Positions 52,758-62,239 of a stretch of DNA of 64,000 bases are shown one piece after another. Where the stretch lies: NCBI GenBank assembly GCA_902632935.1, contig CACPEJ010000001.1:21179-85178 (forward strand), given 5' to 3'. The notes beneath the pieces are model-generated. The model searched no databases. It was not told the DNA's origin and saw only the letters and a list, made by a program, of their open reading frames with translations. Within the stretch, counting starts at the first letter, position 1. Each line of letters begins with the position of its first letter. Both the position numbers and the translations under genes were made by a program. This DNA comes from an uncultured Pelagibacteraceae bacterium. Lineage in GTDB: Bacteria; Pseudomonadota; Alphaproteobacteria; Pelagibacterales; Pelagibacteraceae.

Positions 52758-53092
52758 TGAATCCTATAATTAAATTAAGTGAAAATGCAGCAAACAGAAT
52801 TAAAGAAATCATGTCTAGTGCCGAAAAAGATGCTTTAGGAGTGAGAGTTTCAGTTAAATCTGGAGGATGCGCAGGCATGTCATATGTAATGGAATATTCT
52901 AAAGAACTTAACCCGAATGATGAGGTAATTGAGGACAAGGGAGTTAAGGTTTTTATAGATTCTGCTGCAGTGATGTATTTATTAGGTACAGAAATGGATT
53001 ACAAAAAAGAGGATTTTTCCTCAACTTTTGTGTTCAATAATCCCAATGAAACAGAGAGATGTGGTTGTGGGGAATCTTTCAAAGTAGAATAA
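52757..53092 (+). CDS. A-type Fe-S carrier (SufA/IscA/HesB family)
   Basis: GGCAGMSY and NPN..CGCGESF motifs. Confidence 0.93.
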   Translation: MNPIIKLSENAANRIKEIMSSAEKDALGVRVSVKSGGCAGMSYVMEYSKELNPNDEVIEDKGVKVFIDSAAVMYLLGTEMDYKKEDFSSTFVFNNPNETERCGCGESFKVE

Positions 53093-53123
53093 AATTTAGT
53101 ATCTCATAAGTTGCATAGCTGTA

Positions 53124-53152
53124 TTGCTTAAAATGCATATCTAGTATATAAT
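53124..53152 (+). promoter_or_regulatory. Sigma70-type promoter placing the transcription start at the small-ORF ATG
   Basis: TTGCTT (53124-53129), 17 nt, TATAAT (53147-53152), then 6 nt to ATG 53159. Confidence 0.7.
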
Positions 53153-53158
53153 CATTAT

Positions 53159-53329
53159 ATGAACGTTTTTGAATTTAGAAATTTATTAGCGTCTGAAGAC
53201 AGAAAAGAGAAAAGAAAAAGCCTTCAAAGATCTTTAATCAAATCTGTTGAGACAGGAGCTAATGGAACTCAAGATTACGTTGTTAAAAAAGGTCCAGGCA
53301 AAAATAAGATTGCCACTACTAGACAATAA
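53159..53329 (+). CDS. Uncalled small basic protein, 56 aa
   Basis: Manual translation MNVFEFRNLLASEDRKEKRKSLQRSLIKSVETGANGTQDYVVKKGPGKNKIATTRQ*. It fills the gap up to the glnA stop and has its own promoter. Confidence 0.75.
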   Translation: MNVFEFRNLLASEDRKEKRKSLQRSLIKSVETGANGTQDYVVKKGPGKNKIATTRQ

Positions 53330-53332
53330 TTT

Positions 53333-54739
53333 TTAACAACTATAATACATGTCGAACTCTATTGGGTGTGGTGTGTGTTCAAAATTATGTATTTCCTCAA
53401 ATTTTAAAGCAATGTAAGCATCTATCTGATCATCAGTGAAAACGTTACCTTGTTTTAAAAAATCTCTGTCCTTATCCAAACTTTCCATTGCTTCTCTTAA
53501 TGAGCCACAAACAGTAGGTATCTTTTTAACCTCATTTTCAGATAAAGCATAAAGATCTTTATCGAAAGATTTACCTGGATCAATTTTATTCTTAATACCA
53601 TCTAGTCCAGCCATAAGCATTGCTGCAAAAGTTAAGTATGGGTTTCCAGCTGCATCACCAAATCTAATTTCACATCTCGCAGCCTTTTTACTTAGAGTAA
53701 TAGGGATCCTACATGAAGCTGACCTGTTTCTTGCTGAGTAAGCTAATAACACTGGGGCTTCAAATCCTGGGATCAATCTTTTGTAACTATTGGTTGTTGC
53801 GTTTGAAAAAGCGTTTATAGCTTTTGCATGTTTTAAAATTCCACCAATATAGTGTAAAGCTAAATCGGATAAGCCAGCATATTTATCTCCTGAAAATAAT
53901 GCTGTATTTCCTTTCCAAATTGATTGGTGCACATGCATACCTGATCCATTATCACCTTTTACTGGTTTAGGCATAAAAGTTGCGGTTTTTCCAAATGAAT
54001 GTGAAACCATATGAACCGCATACTTATATAGTTGCAAGTTATCAGCTTGGTCAACTAAAGTTCCAAAATACATTCCAAGTTCATGCTGACTTGGAGCAAC
54101 TTCATGGTGATGTTTCTCAACTTTAATACCCATGTCTTTCATTGCTTTCAAATACTCACTTCTCATATCTTGTGCACTATCAACAGGAGGAACTGGGAAG
54201 TAACCACCTTTGATGCCAGGTCTATGTCCCATATTTCCATTTTCATAATTTTTTCCAGTGTTGTAAGGGCCTTCAGTACTATCAATTTTGAAGCCAGTTT
54301 CATTCATGTCATTTTTAAATCTTACATCATCGAATACAAAAAATTCAGCTTCTGGACCAAAAAATGCTTTATCGCCAATTCCAGATTTTTTTAAATATGC
54401 CTCAGCTTTTTTTGCTGTACCTCTAGGATCTCTTTCGTAAGGATCTTTTTTTATTGCATCTAAAATATCACAAAAAATATTTAATGTATTATGAGATGTA
54501 AATGGATCAACTACAGTTCTGCTTAAATCAGGCTTTAAAATCATGTCAGATTCATTGATGGCTTTCCAACCTGCAATTGAGGAGCCGTCAAAGAAAATTC
54601 CATCGTTTAACATATCTTCGTCAACTACCTTAGTATCCATCGTCACGTGTTGAAGTTTACCTCTAGGATCAGTGAATCTTAGATCAACGTAATCAATTTC
54701 TCTATCTTTTATAACTTTTAATACATTTTTTGCGCTCAT
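53333..54739 (-). CDS. glnA: Glutamine synthetase type I
   Basis: [33 protein letters not shown] and DKDLY motifs. Start ATG 54739 has an AGAGGAG SD. Confidence 0.98.
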   Translation of the reverse strand: MSAKNVLKVIKDREIDYVDLRFTDPRGKLQHVTMDTKVVDEDMLNDGIFFDGSSIAGWKAINESDMILKPDLSRTVVDPFTSHNTLNIFCDILDAIKKDPYERDPRGTAKKAEAYLKKSGIGDKAFFGPEAEFFVFDDVRFKNDMNETGFKIDSTEGPYNTGKNYENGNMGHRPGIKGGYFPVPPVDSAQDMRSEYLKAMKDMGIKVEKHHHEVAPSQHELGMYFGTLVDQADNLQLYKYAVHMVSHSFGKTATFMPKPVKGDNGSGMHVHQSIWKGNTALFSGDKYAGLSDLALHYIGGILKHAKAINAFSNATTNSYKRLIPGFEAPVLLAYSARNRSASCRIPITLSKKAARCEIRFGDAAGNPYLTFAAMLMAGLDGIKNKIDPGKSFDKDLYALSENEVKKIPTVCGSLREAMESLDKDRDFLKQGNVFTDDQIDAYIALKFEEIHNFEHTPHPIEFDMYYSC

Positions 54740-54879
54740 ATATCTCCTCTGTAATTCAGTGGGTTGTGATACCAAATAAAGATTGATAAATAATCCTCTT
54801 TTACTTAATAACACCTATGCATTTTTTACATAAGTGTATAATTAAAAGACTAAAAATACTAACAATTCAGAGTTGAATA

Positions 54880-55359
54880 ATGACATTACTCGATAAAGAA
54901 CCAGTTCAAAGGGTTGGTAAAATTATTAAAGAGTTTAATCAAAATTTAAGTGTAAGTGTTTTAGAAACTTCAGCTAGAACTGCTTTAGAAGCCGCATCTT
55001 CTTTAGGGTGTGAGGTCGGAGCTATAGTTAAAAGCTTACTTTTTAAAACAGATAATAAGTTTAGTTTATTTTTGGTTGCTGGAGATAAGAAAGCTTCCCT
55101 TAAAAAAATTAAAAAAAATATTAAATTTAATGATGTTTCGATGGCTACTGCTGAAGATGTAAAAAACATTACTGGTTATACTATTGGTGGTGTTTCACCA
55201 GTAGGCCATTTAGAAAATGTTGATATTTACATAGATAATTCTTTAAATAGGTTTGATTTTTTATTTGCTGCTGCAGGTCATCCAAATTGTATATTTAAAA
55301 TCAATTTTTCAGATTTAAAGAAAATTACAAAAGGAAAAATTGAGGATATTACTGAATGA
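54880..55359 (+). CDS. YbaK/EbsC family aminoacyl-tRNA deacylase
   Basis: IVKSLLF, TGYTIGGVSPVG and AAAG motifs. Confidence 0.9.
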   Translation: MTLLDKEPVQRVGKIIKEFNQNLSVSVLETSARTALEAASSLGCEVGAIVKSLLFKTDNKFSLFLVAGDKKASLKKIKKNIKFNDVSMATAEDVKNITGYTIGGVSPVGHLENVDIYIDNSLNRFDFLFAAAGHPNCIFKINFSDLKKITKGKIEDITE

Positions 55360-56255
55360 GACAACCAAAACTATTAGATTATCTTTTATTAATTTTGTTA
55401 GCTTTAATATGGGCATCAGCTTTTTTTAATATTAAAATTGCAACCTATTCATTTGGACCAATTACTATTGCATTTTTAAGAGTATTTTTTGGAGCAATAC
55501 CAGTTTTGTTACTTTGTTATTATAAAAAAATAAAGATTGAAGCTTTTTCAAAGGATTGGCATTGGTTTGCGATGATAGGATTTATAAATTTAGTAGCTCC
55601 TTTTTTTTTAATTGCCTACGGCGTGCAATCAGTTCAAAGTAATTTGGCAGCAATATTGATGTCAACTACACCATTAAGTTCAACTGTGCTTGGTCATTTT
55701 TACACAAAAAATGAGAAATTCAATTTTATCAAAACAATAGGAATCTTAATAGGTTTTTCTGGAATACTTTACTTATTTTCTGATAATATTTTGATTAATG
55801 AAAATAATTTTTTTTCCGCAATACTAATTCTATTAGGTTCAACTTGTTATGTAATAGGTGGTGTTCTAACCTTAAAAATTAGTAAGAAAAAAAATGAAAA
55901 TGTAACTGGCTCAATACTGGTTTGGGCAGTTTTGATTTTGATACCTATTGTAAGTATTTTTGAACAACCATGGAATGTCTCGCCAAGGTTAGATTCTACA
56001 ATATCTGTGATATATCTTGGCTTAGTTTCTACTGGAATTGCATGGTTATTGAGATTTAGAATTTTAGTTAATAATGGACTGATATTTCAGTCACAAGTTT
56101 CATATTTAATTCCAATTTTTGGAACTATTTTGAGTTATATTTTCCTCAAGGAATTGATCACTTTCAAAGTTTTGATATCTCTCATTGCGGTGTCAGTAGG
56201 AATTTATTTTGTGAGAAAAGCAGACAATAAAATTAGTAAAATAAAGCTCGATTAA
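55356..56255 (+). CDS. DMT/EamA family transporter
   Basis: About 10 TM segments, LIWASAF and FLKE motifs. Confidence 0.87.
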   Translation: MRQPKLLDYLLLILLALIWASAFFNIKIATYSFGPITIAFLRVFFGAIPVLLLCYYKKIKIEAFSKDWHWFAMIGFINLVAPFFLIAYGVQSVQSNLAAILMSTTPLSSTVLGHFYTKNEKFNFIKTIGILIGFSGILYLFSDNILINENNFFSAILILLGSTCYVIGGVLTLKISKKKNENVTGSILVWAVLILIPIVSIFEQPWNVSPRLDSTISVIYLGLVSTGIAWLLRFRILVNNGLIFQSQVSYLIPIFGTILSYIFLKELITFKVLISLIAVSVGIYFVRKADNKISKIKLD

Positions 56256-56287
56256 TACAATTCTTAGTTGAAAACATTATTGACCCA

Positions 56288-56316
56288 TTTACATCATTCC
56301 CAAAAAGGTCTTTAAT
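56288..56316 (+). promoter_or_regulatory. Putative promoter for aldB
   Basis: TTTACA, 17 nt, TTTAAT; strong SD AGAGGAG before ATG 56348. Confidence 0.45.
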
Positions 56317-56347
56317 TAATTTATATAAATAACAAGAGGAGAAAAAA

Positions 56348-57892
56348 ATGAGTGCAGAAGCAATGAAAGTGTCATCTGTATTAGATACTTCTCATTTAAA
56401 GGTTAAATTTCCGTTTAAAGCAAAATATGGAAACTACATTAATGGAAAATTTGTAGAACCAAAGTCAGGCAAGTATTTTGATAATGTTAGCCCGATCTCA
56501 AATGAGAAAATCTGTTCAGTTGCACGATCAGACGAAAAAGACGTAGAAGCAGCATTAGATGCGGCTCACGCAGCTTTCCCTGAGTGGGGAAAAACAGATA
56601 TCACTACGCGATCAAATATATTGTACAAAATCGCTGATGTGTTGGAAAAAAATCTAAACTTACTTGCAACAGCTGAATGTTTAGATAATGGAAAACCAAT
56701 AAGAGAGTGTATGGCAGCAGATTTACCTTTGGTTATTGACCATTGGAGATATTTTGCTGGTGTGATTAGAGCAGAAGAAGGTTCAATCGCTGAAATAGCA
56801 AATAACCAATACTCATACAATTTTCATGAACCATTAGGTGTAGTTGGTCAGATAGTTCCATGGAATTTCCCATTATTAATGGCGACATGGAAATTAGCTC
56901 CAGCTTTAGCAGCAGGTAACTGTTCAGTTTTAAAACCAGCTGAACAAACGCCAGCATCCATAATGGTGATGATGGAACTTATTGGAGATTTATTACCTCC
57001 AGGAGTTGTCAACATTGTTAGTGGTTTTGGATTAGAAGCAGGTAAACCTCTAGCATCATCAAAAAGAGTTGCTAAAGTTGCATTTACTGGTGAAACTACA
57101 ACAGGAAGATTGATTATGCAGTATGCTGCACAAAACATAATTCCAATTACTTTGGAGTTAGGTGGAAAATCTCCAAACATTTTCTTTGAGGATATCATGG
57201 ATAAAGATGATGATTTCTTTGACAAATGTATTGAAGGTTTTGTGATGTTCAATCTAAACCAAGGTGAGGTTTGTACTTGTCCAAGTAGAGCTTTAGTTCA
57301 AGAGTCGATCTATGATAAATTCATGGAAAGAGCTATAGCTAGAACAAAAGCTGTTGTTCAAGACAATCCTTTGAAAATGGAAACTATGATTGGGGCGCAA
57401 GCGTCAGTAGAGCAAATGGAAAAGATTAAATCTTATCTTGAGCTTGGAAAAAAAGAGGGTGCTAAAGTTCTAACAGGTGGAAGTGTTGCTAAACTTAACA
57501 GCGGGTTGGAAAAAGGTAATTACATTCAACCAACTGTTTTTGAGGCAAAAAATGACATGCGAATTTCTCAAGAGGAGATCTTCGGACCAGTTGTATCTGT
57601 GATTAAATTTAAAGATGAAGCAGAGGCATTGAAAATTGCTAATGATACTCTTTATGGTTTAGGAGCAGCTGTATGGACTAGAAATGGTAATATAGCTCAC
57701 AGAATGGGTAGAGCGATACAAGCAGGAATAGTATGGACTAATTGTTATCATGCTTACCCAGCTCACTCACCATTTGGTGGATACAAACAATCTGGAGTTG
57801 GTAGAGAAACTCACAAAATGATGCTTAATCATTACAGACAGAATAAGAATCTTCATGTTTCTTATGCTGAGAAAAAATTAGGCTTCTTTTAA
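56348..57892 (+). CDS. aldB: NAD-dependent aldehyde dehydrogenase, AldB/acetaldehyde dehydrogenase II type
   Basis: [32 protein letters not shown] and EEIFGP motifs; C-terminal KLGFF; followed by DUF779. Confidence 0.9.
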   Translation: MSAEAMKVSSVLDTSHLKVKFPFKAKYGNYINGKFVEPKSGKYFDNVSPISNEKICSVARSDEKDVEAALDAAHAAFPEWGKTDITTRSNILYKIADVLEKNLNLLATAECLDNGKPIRECMAADLPLVIDHWRYFAGVIRAEEGSIAEIANNQYSYNFHEPLGVVGQIVPWNFPLLMATWKLAPALAAGNCSVLKPAEQTPASIMVMMELIGDLLPPGVVNIVSGFGLEAGKPLASSKRVAKVAFTGETTTGRLIMQYAAQNIIPITLELGGKSPNIFFEDIMDKDDDFFDKCIEGFVMFNLNQGEVCTCPSRALVQESIYDKFMERAIARTKAVVQDNPLKMETMIGAQASVEQMEKIKSYLELGKKEGAKVLTGGSVAKLNSGLEKGNYIQPTVFEAKNDMRISQEEIFGPVVSVIKFKDEAEALKIANDTLYGLGAAVWTRNGNIAHRMGRAIQAGIVWTNCYHAYPAHSPFGGYKQSGVGRETHKMMLNHYRQNKNLHVSYAEKKLGFF

Positions 57893-57906
57893 TCAAATAA
57901 TATATA

Positions 57907-57935
57907 CTGGTCCATGATTCGATATCATGGGCCAG
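57907..57935 (+). other. Stem-loop between aldB and DUF779
   Basis: CTGGTCCATGAT-tcgat-ATCATGGGCCAG, a 12-bp stem with one G-U pair and no U-tract on the + strand. Confidence 0.7.
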
Positions 57936-57944
57936 AGAAAAAAT

Positions 57945-58298
57945 ATGAAAGTATCTGCAACACATTCGGCACTTAGTTTATTATCTGAACTTAAAGAAAA
58001 ATATGGTGAAAAGTTAATGTTTCATCAATCAGGTGGATGTTGTGATGGGAGTGCACCTATGTGTTTCCAAGAAGGTGAATTTCCATTAGGAGATAATGAT
58101 ATTAAACTCGGAGAAATAGGTGGAGTTCCATTTTACATGAATGGTGATCAATATGAAAAATGGAAACATACTGATCTAACGATAGATGCTGTAAAAGGAA
58201 TTGGCGGAATGTTTTCATTAGATAATGGAACTGGAAGAAGATTTTTAACTAAATCTGAAATATGTCTCGTAGTGGATAACGATAATCCAAATCATTAA
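57945..58298 (+). CDS. DUF779 family protein
   Basis: FHQSGGCCDGSAPMC and WKHT motifs. Likely start is ATG 57945, since ATG 57927 lies inside the hairpin. Confidence 0.9.
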   Translation: MKVSATHSALSLLSELKEKYGEKLMFHQSGGCCDGSAPMCFQEGEFPLGDNDIKLGEIGGVPFYMNGDQYEKWKHTDLTIDAVKGIGGMFSLDNGTGRRFLTKSEICLVVDNDNPNH

Positions 58299-58312
58299 AT
58301 TTTTATTTTACA

Positions 58313-58783
58313 ATGCCGATTTTTTTAAGTTCACAAAAAATTGTGAAAGATTGGATTGATTATAACAATCATATGAATGTTTCTTATTATCTTTTGATCT
58401 TTGATAAATATGGAGCAGATATATTAAATGACTCCTTTAAAATGGGCGAGCATTCAGCGAGGACTACTGGAAAAAGCACAATGATTGTTGAGTCTCATAT
58501 TACCTATAATCAAGAACTAAAGATGAATGACGAAGTAGATGTAAATTTAGTTTTTTTTGATCACGATAAAAAAAGGTTGCAATACAAGATGGAAATGATC
58601 CATAAGCAAAAGCAATATTTAGCATCAACGATTGAAGTCCTTGCATTATATGTTGATTTAAATACTCGAAAAGTCTCAGAATTCGAAGGAGATAAATTAG
58701 AAATTATGGATAATTATATTAAAAACAATATAGAAAAGTTTGATAATACAAATCTTAAGTTTTCTTCTAAATTGAAAAAGTAA
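58313..58783 (+). CDS. Hot-dog fold thioesterase (4HBT-like)
   Basis: WIDYNNHMNVSYY motif. Confidence 0.85.
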   Translation: MPIFLSSQKIVKDWIDYNNHMNVSYYLLIFDKYGADILNDSFKMGEHSARTTGKSTMIVESHITYNQELKMNDEVDVNLVFFDHDKKRLQYKMEMIHKQKQYLASTIEVLALYVDLNTRKVSEFEGDKLEIMDNYIKNNIEKFDNTNLKFSSKLKK

Positions 58784-58789
58784 ATAAAT

Positions 58790-58817
58790 TTACTTCCAGC
58801 CCGCGCACTGGAAGTAA
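58790..58817. terminator. Hairpin between the convergent thioesterase and GYD genes, probable bidirectional terminator
   Basis: TTACTTCCAG-cccgcgca-CTGGAAGTAA, a perfect 10-bp stem with AT-rich flanks. Confidence 0.7.
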
Positions 58818-58825
58818 TAATCTAT

Positions 58826-59152
58826 TTATTGTCCTGGCGCTTTGTATGCACCTGACGCAACTTCACTTGCTTTAACAGTAGCTTTATTAAAATCAATAGC
58901 TTCTAACATTGTTAAATTTTTAACTGCACCTGATGCTTCTACTACAAGTTTTACTGCCGCAAAGTCTTCAAACGTTGTAAGTTCATTTACAACTATAAAG
59001 TCATATGGACCTCTAACTATATCCATACTATGCATTGTTCCACCCATAGCTTTTGTTAATTGTTCAACTACTGCTTTTCTATCACTTTTAGGATCTTTTA
59101 AAAAACCTTGAAAAGCTTTTTCAGTGTAGTTTCCCATTATATATGCTTTCAT
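58826..59152 (-). CDS. GYD-domain protein
   Basis: YIMGNYT, SDRKAVVEQL..GG and GPYD motifs. Confidence 0.8.
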   Translation of the reverse strand: MKAYIMGNYTEKAFQGFLKDPKSDRKAVVEQLTKAMGGTMHSMDIVRGPYDFIVVNELTTFEDFAAVKLVVEASGAVKNLTMLEAIDFNKATVKASEVASGAYKAPGQ

Positions 59153-59220
59153 ATGTTACCCCTTTCTTTATTTAAAAAATATTACAGCAAAATTTATGTC
59201 TGTAGAAGTGGTATATTTGT

Positions 59221-60018
59221 CTAATTATTTTCTATTCGGTCCATTTCTTTAAGTTCGACCTCTAATTTATCTAATTCCTCACCACCTGCCATCATGCTTA
59301 AAAGTTTTTCTCTAGATATATCTTTTTTTTGAAATGTCCCCATACTTTTTCCTCGATTTAAAACTGTAAAACTATTTCCAACAGGATAAGCATGATGAAC
59401 GTTGTGTGTTATTAAAATTACAGCTAAACCTTGTGATGCTGCTTTAACAATATATTTCAGGACCATTGAAGCTTGATGTACACCTAATGCTGATGTTGGT
59501 TCATCTAATACCAAAACTTTTGCCCCAAAATAAATTGCTCTAGAAATAGCGAGACATTGTCTTTCACCTCCAGACATCGTGCCGACGGCTTGTGATGGGT
59601 CTCTCACATCAATACCTATTTGTCCCATTCTTTCTGCAGCTATAGTGTTTGCTTTTTCAATATCAAACGTTTTGAAAAAAGGTAAACCTTTTTGTGGCTC
59701 TCTGCCCATAAAAAAATTTCTAGTTACACTCATAAGGGAAACTAATGCTAAATCTTGATAAACAGTACCTATCCCAATATCCAAAGCATCTCGTGGTGAG
59801 TCAAAAACTATTTTTTGATCTTCAAAAATAATTTCACCTTCATCAGGCTTATGAACGCCTGCTAAAGTTTTTATCAAAGTAGATTTTCCAGCTCCATTGT
59901 CACCAAGTAAGCACATTATTTCGCCTTTTTTAAGTTTCATGGTGACGTCTTTCAAAGCAATTACTTTACCAAAAAATTTACTTATATTATTGAATTGAAC
60001 TAAATATTCAGACATCAT
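59221..60018 (-). CDS. Sugar (probably inositol) ABC transporter ATP-binding protein, single domain
   Basis: [16 protein letters not shown] and LDEPT motifs. Confidence 0.92.
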   Translation of the reverse strand: MMSEYLVQFNNISKFFGKVIALKDVTMKLKKGEIMCLLGDNGAGKSTLIKTLAGVHKPDEGEIIFEDQKIVFDSPRDALDIGIGTVYQDLALVSLMSVTRNFFMGREPQKGLPFFKTFDIEKANTIAAERMGQIGIDVRDPSQAVGTMSGGERQCLAISRAIYFGAKVLVLDEPTSALGVHQASMVLKYIVKAASQGLAVILITHNVHHAYPVGNSFTVLNRGKSMGTFQKKDISREKLLSMMAGGEELDKLEVELKEMDRIENN

Positions 60019-61142
60019 TTAGTCTCCGTAACTTTTTTTCTAATATAATTATTGAATACTACTGCAATTAACATCATTGCGCCTAAAAAAACCTTAAACC
60101 AATCAGTATCCACATCTGTATAAAAAATTCCCATTGATACAGTGCCAAAAATAATAGCGCCCAATGCTGCTCCGATGGCAGAGCCATAACCTCCAGTCAA
60201 AAGACAACCGCCAACCACGGCAGCTGCTATTGCTTCCAATTCTTTTAAAGTTCCTCTCATAGTATCTGCAGAACCTGCATCTAAAACTTGAATACAAGCA
60301 AATATTGTCGATGCTACAGCTGTTCCAATAAATAGACTTATTTTTACTCTTCCAACAGGTACACCAACATTTGTAGCACCAACTTTATCTCCACCTGATG
60401 CAAATATCCAATTTCCATATCTAGTTTTCATAAGTATCCAAGTCGCAAATAATGTAAGAGCAATAAACCATATTACTGATGGTGGAATACCTGTAGCTAA
60501 TGGTGTACCGTCAGTTCTCAGTGCAATTAATTTCATCGATCCTAGCCATGTGAATAACCATTGAAAAGTATCTGTTGCAAACAACCAAGCGATTGGATCA
60601 TCTTCTATTAAAACTCTTAACCCTGGTACTTGAGTTCTTCCTGTAATTAATCTCGTAATAGCCAAAGTTGCCCCTCTTAAAATGAACAACATTGCAAGAG
60701 TTACTATGAAGGATGGAAGACCAGTTTTTACTACCATTATACCATTGAAATAACCAATTAGTACTGCCATAGCAAAAGCAAAAATAATACTCGTCCATAA
60801 AGGCCAGCCCCAATAAATTGCAGGTATAGCGATACAGATTCCTGCAAAACCAATCATTGATCCAATTGATAAATCAAACTCTCCACCGATCATTAACATT
60901 GCAGCAGCAATAGCAATAATTCCTAAATTAGCTGAAACATCTAAAAAATTTAATGTCCCATAAGCGCTAAACATTCCAGTGTCACCAGCAACTATTCCAA
61001 AAAAAATAAAAACTAAAATTGAGCCACCCAAAGCACCAAGCTCTGGTCTGTTTAATAAAACTCTAAGAGGTGAAATTTTTTTAAGTCTTTCATCTTGTCC
61101 ACTATCTTTTTTAGATTGAATACTCTCTGATTTTACAGACAT
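60015..61142 (-). CDS. Sugar (probably inositol) ABC transporter permease
   Basis: [16 protein letters not shown] and [12 protein letters not shown] motifs. Confidence 0.92.
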   Translation of the reverse strand: MSVKSESIQSKKDSGQDERLKKISPLRVLLNRPELGALGGSILVFIFFGIVAGDTGMFSAYGTLNFLDVSANLGIIAIAAAMLMIGGEFDLSIGSMIGFAGICIAIPAIYWGWPLWTSIIFAFAMAVLIGYFNGIMVVKTGLPSFIVTLAMLFILRGATLAITRLITGRTQVPGLRVLIEDDPIAWLFATDTFQWLFTWLGSMKLIALRTDGTPLATGIPPSVIWFIALTLFATWILMKTRYGNWIFASGGDKVGATNVGVPVGRVKISLFIGTAVASTIFACIQVLDAGSADTMRGTLKELEAIAAAVVGGCLLTGGYGSAIGAALGAIIFGTVSMGIFYTDVDTDWFKVFLGAMMLIAVVFNNYIRKKVTETK

Positions 61143-61168
61143 ATAAAAATTATAATTTAAAGATGATT

Positions 61169-61203
61169 AAAAAAAAGGCCTGACTAACATTAGTCAGGCC
61201 TTT
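61169..61203 (-). terminator. Intrinsic terminator-like hairpin between binding protein and permease
   Basis: On the minus strand AAAGGCCTGACTAA-tg-TTAGTCAGGCC followed by a run of 8 T; 14-bp inverted repeat. Confidence 0.85.
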
Positions 61204-61214
61204 AATTCATATTT

Positions 61215-62138
61215 TTATCTATAACCTTGAGCTGCCCATTTTATTACTTTAGACGCATTGTCAGGAGTAACAAAACCAGGTCCAGTCATTACTACACCTG
61301 CTGGCATTGTTCCCCATCTCATATATTGTCCAAAGATAGCTATTGGTAAATATCCTTGTAGATATTGCTGTTGGTCAATTAAAAACTCTACTTTTCCTGC
61401 AGCAGCAGCTTTTAACATATTTGGAGACATATCAAATGTTCCTAATCTTACAGAACCAACTTTTCCAGCTGACTCAAGTGCTTTCAATGCTGCTTCACCA
61501 GACAATCCAGCACCTAAAGTTAGAATAGTGTCATAGCCACCACCTAATTTTGCAGCAACAGCTTTTTGAATCTCTGTTGGGTCATTTGAAGTACCTAAAA
61601 TATCAACAGATCCACCAAAACCTTTTTTGAAACCAGCACATCTTCTATCAAGTGCAACGTTTCCTACCTCATGGTTAACACATAATGCTTTTTTTCCACC
61701 AGCGGCTTTCATTTTTTGTCCACCACCTACACCTGCTTCAAACTCAGTTTGTCCAACGTGTGCACTAATTCCTAAAGATGCATAATCATCAGATCCAGAG
61801 TTCATTGATATTACAGGAATACCTGCAGCAATCGCAGCTTTAACTGATTTTCCTAAAGCAGCAGCATCTGGTAATGTTATCACAATACCTTTCGGTTTTT
61901 GTGATACAGCATTATCAATTAATTTTGCCATTTCTACCATGTCGAAAGTAGCTGGTGCTGTGTATTTGCAAGACACTCCCATGTCTTTACATCCAGCATC
62001 AACTCCATTTTTAGCAACTGACCAGAAAGGATCATTTGCTTGACCATGAGAAACCACAATTATATCTACAGCTAAAGCAGATACAGACATCATTGCCCAT
62101 GCAGCTAAAGCTAATATAAAGTTTTTTATTGTTTTCAT
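61215..62138 (-). CDS. Sugar ABC transporter substrate-binding protein, probably myo-inositol
   Basis: Signal peptide, DPFWSV and IDQQQYLQGY motifs; next to iolG/iolE; GAGG SD. Confidence 0.88.
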   Translation of the reverse strand: MKTIKNFILALAAWAMMSVSALAVDIIVVSHGQANDPFWSVAKNGVDAGCKDMGVSCKYTAPATFDMVEMAKLIDNAVSQKPKGIVITLPDAAALGKSVKAAIAAGIPVISMNSGSDDYASLGISAHVGQTEFEAGVGGGQKMKAAGGKKALCVNHEVGNVALDRRCAGFKKGFGGSVDILGTSNDPTEIQKAVAAKLGGGYDTILTLGAGLSGEAALKALESAGKVGSVRLGTFDMSPNMLKAAAAGKVEFLIDQQQYLQGYLPIAIFGQYMRWGTMPAGVVMTGPGFVTPDNASKVIKWAAQGYR

Positions 62139-62239
62139 TATTTTCCTCTAATTAAAGTTAACTTTTAAAAATAAAATCTAATCAAAATATTATTTGGTTG
62201 TAAAGCAGACAGGTTGCATTCTACTTATGGTTGATTCAA

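Noticed and set aside
56348-57892. aldB as the IolA/MmsA step of inositol catabolism
   Set aside because: Its motifs ([19 protein letters not shown]) and the DUF779 neighbour mark the AldB type, not a CoA-acylating malonate-semialdehyde dehydrogenase.
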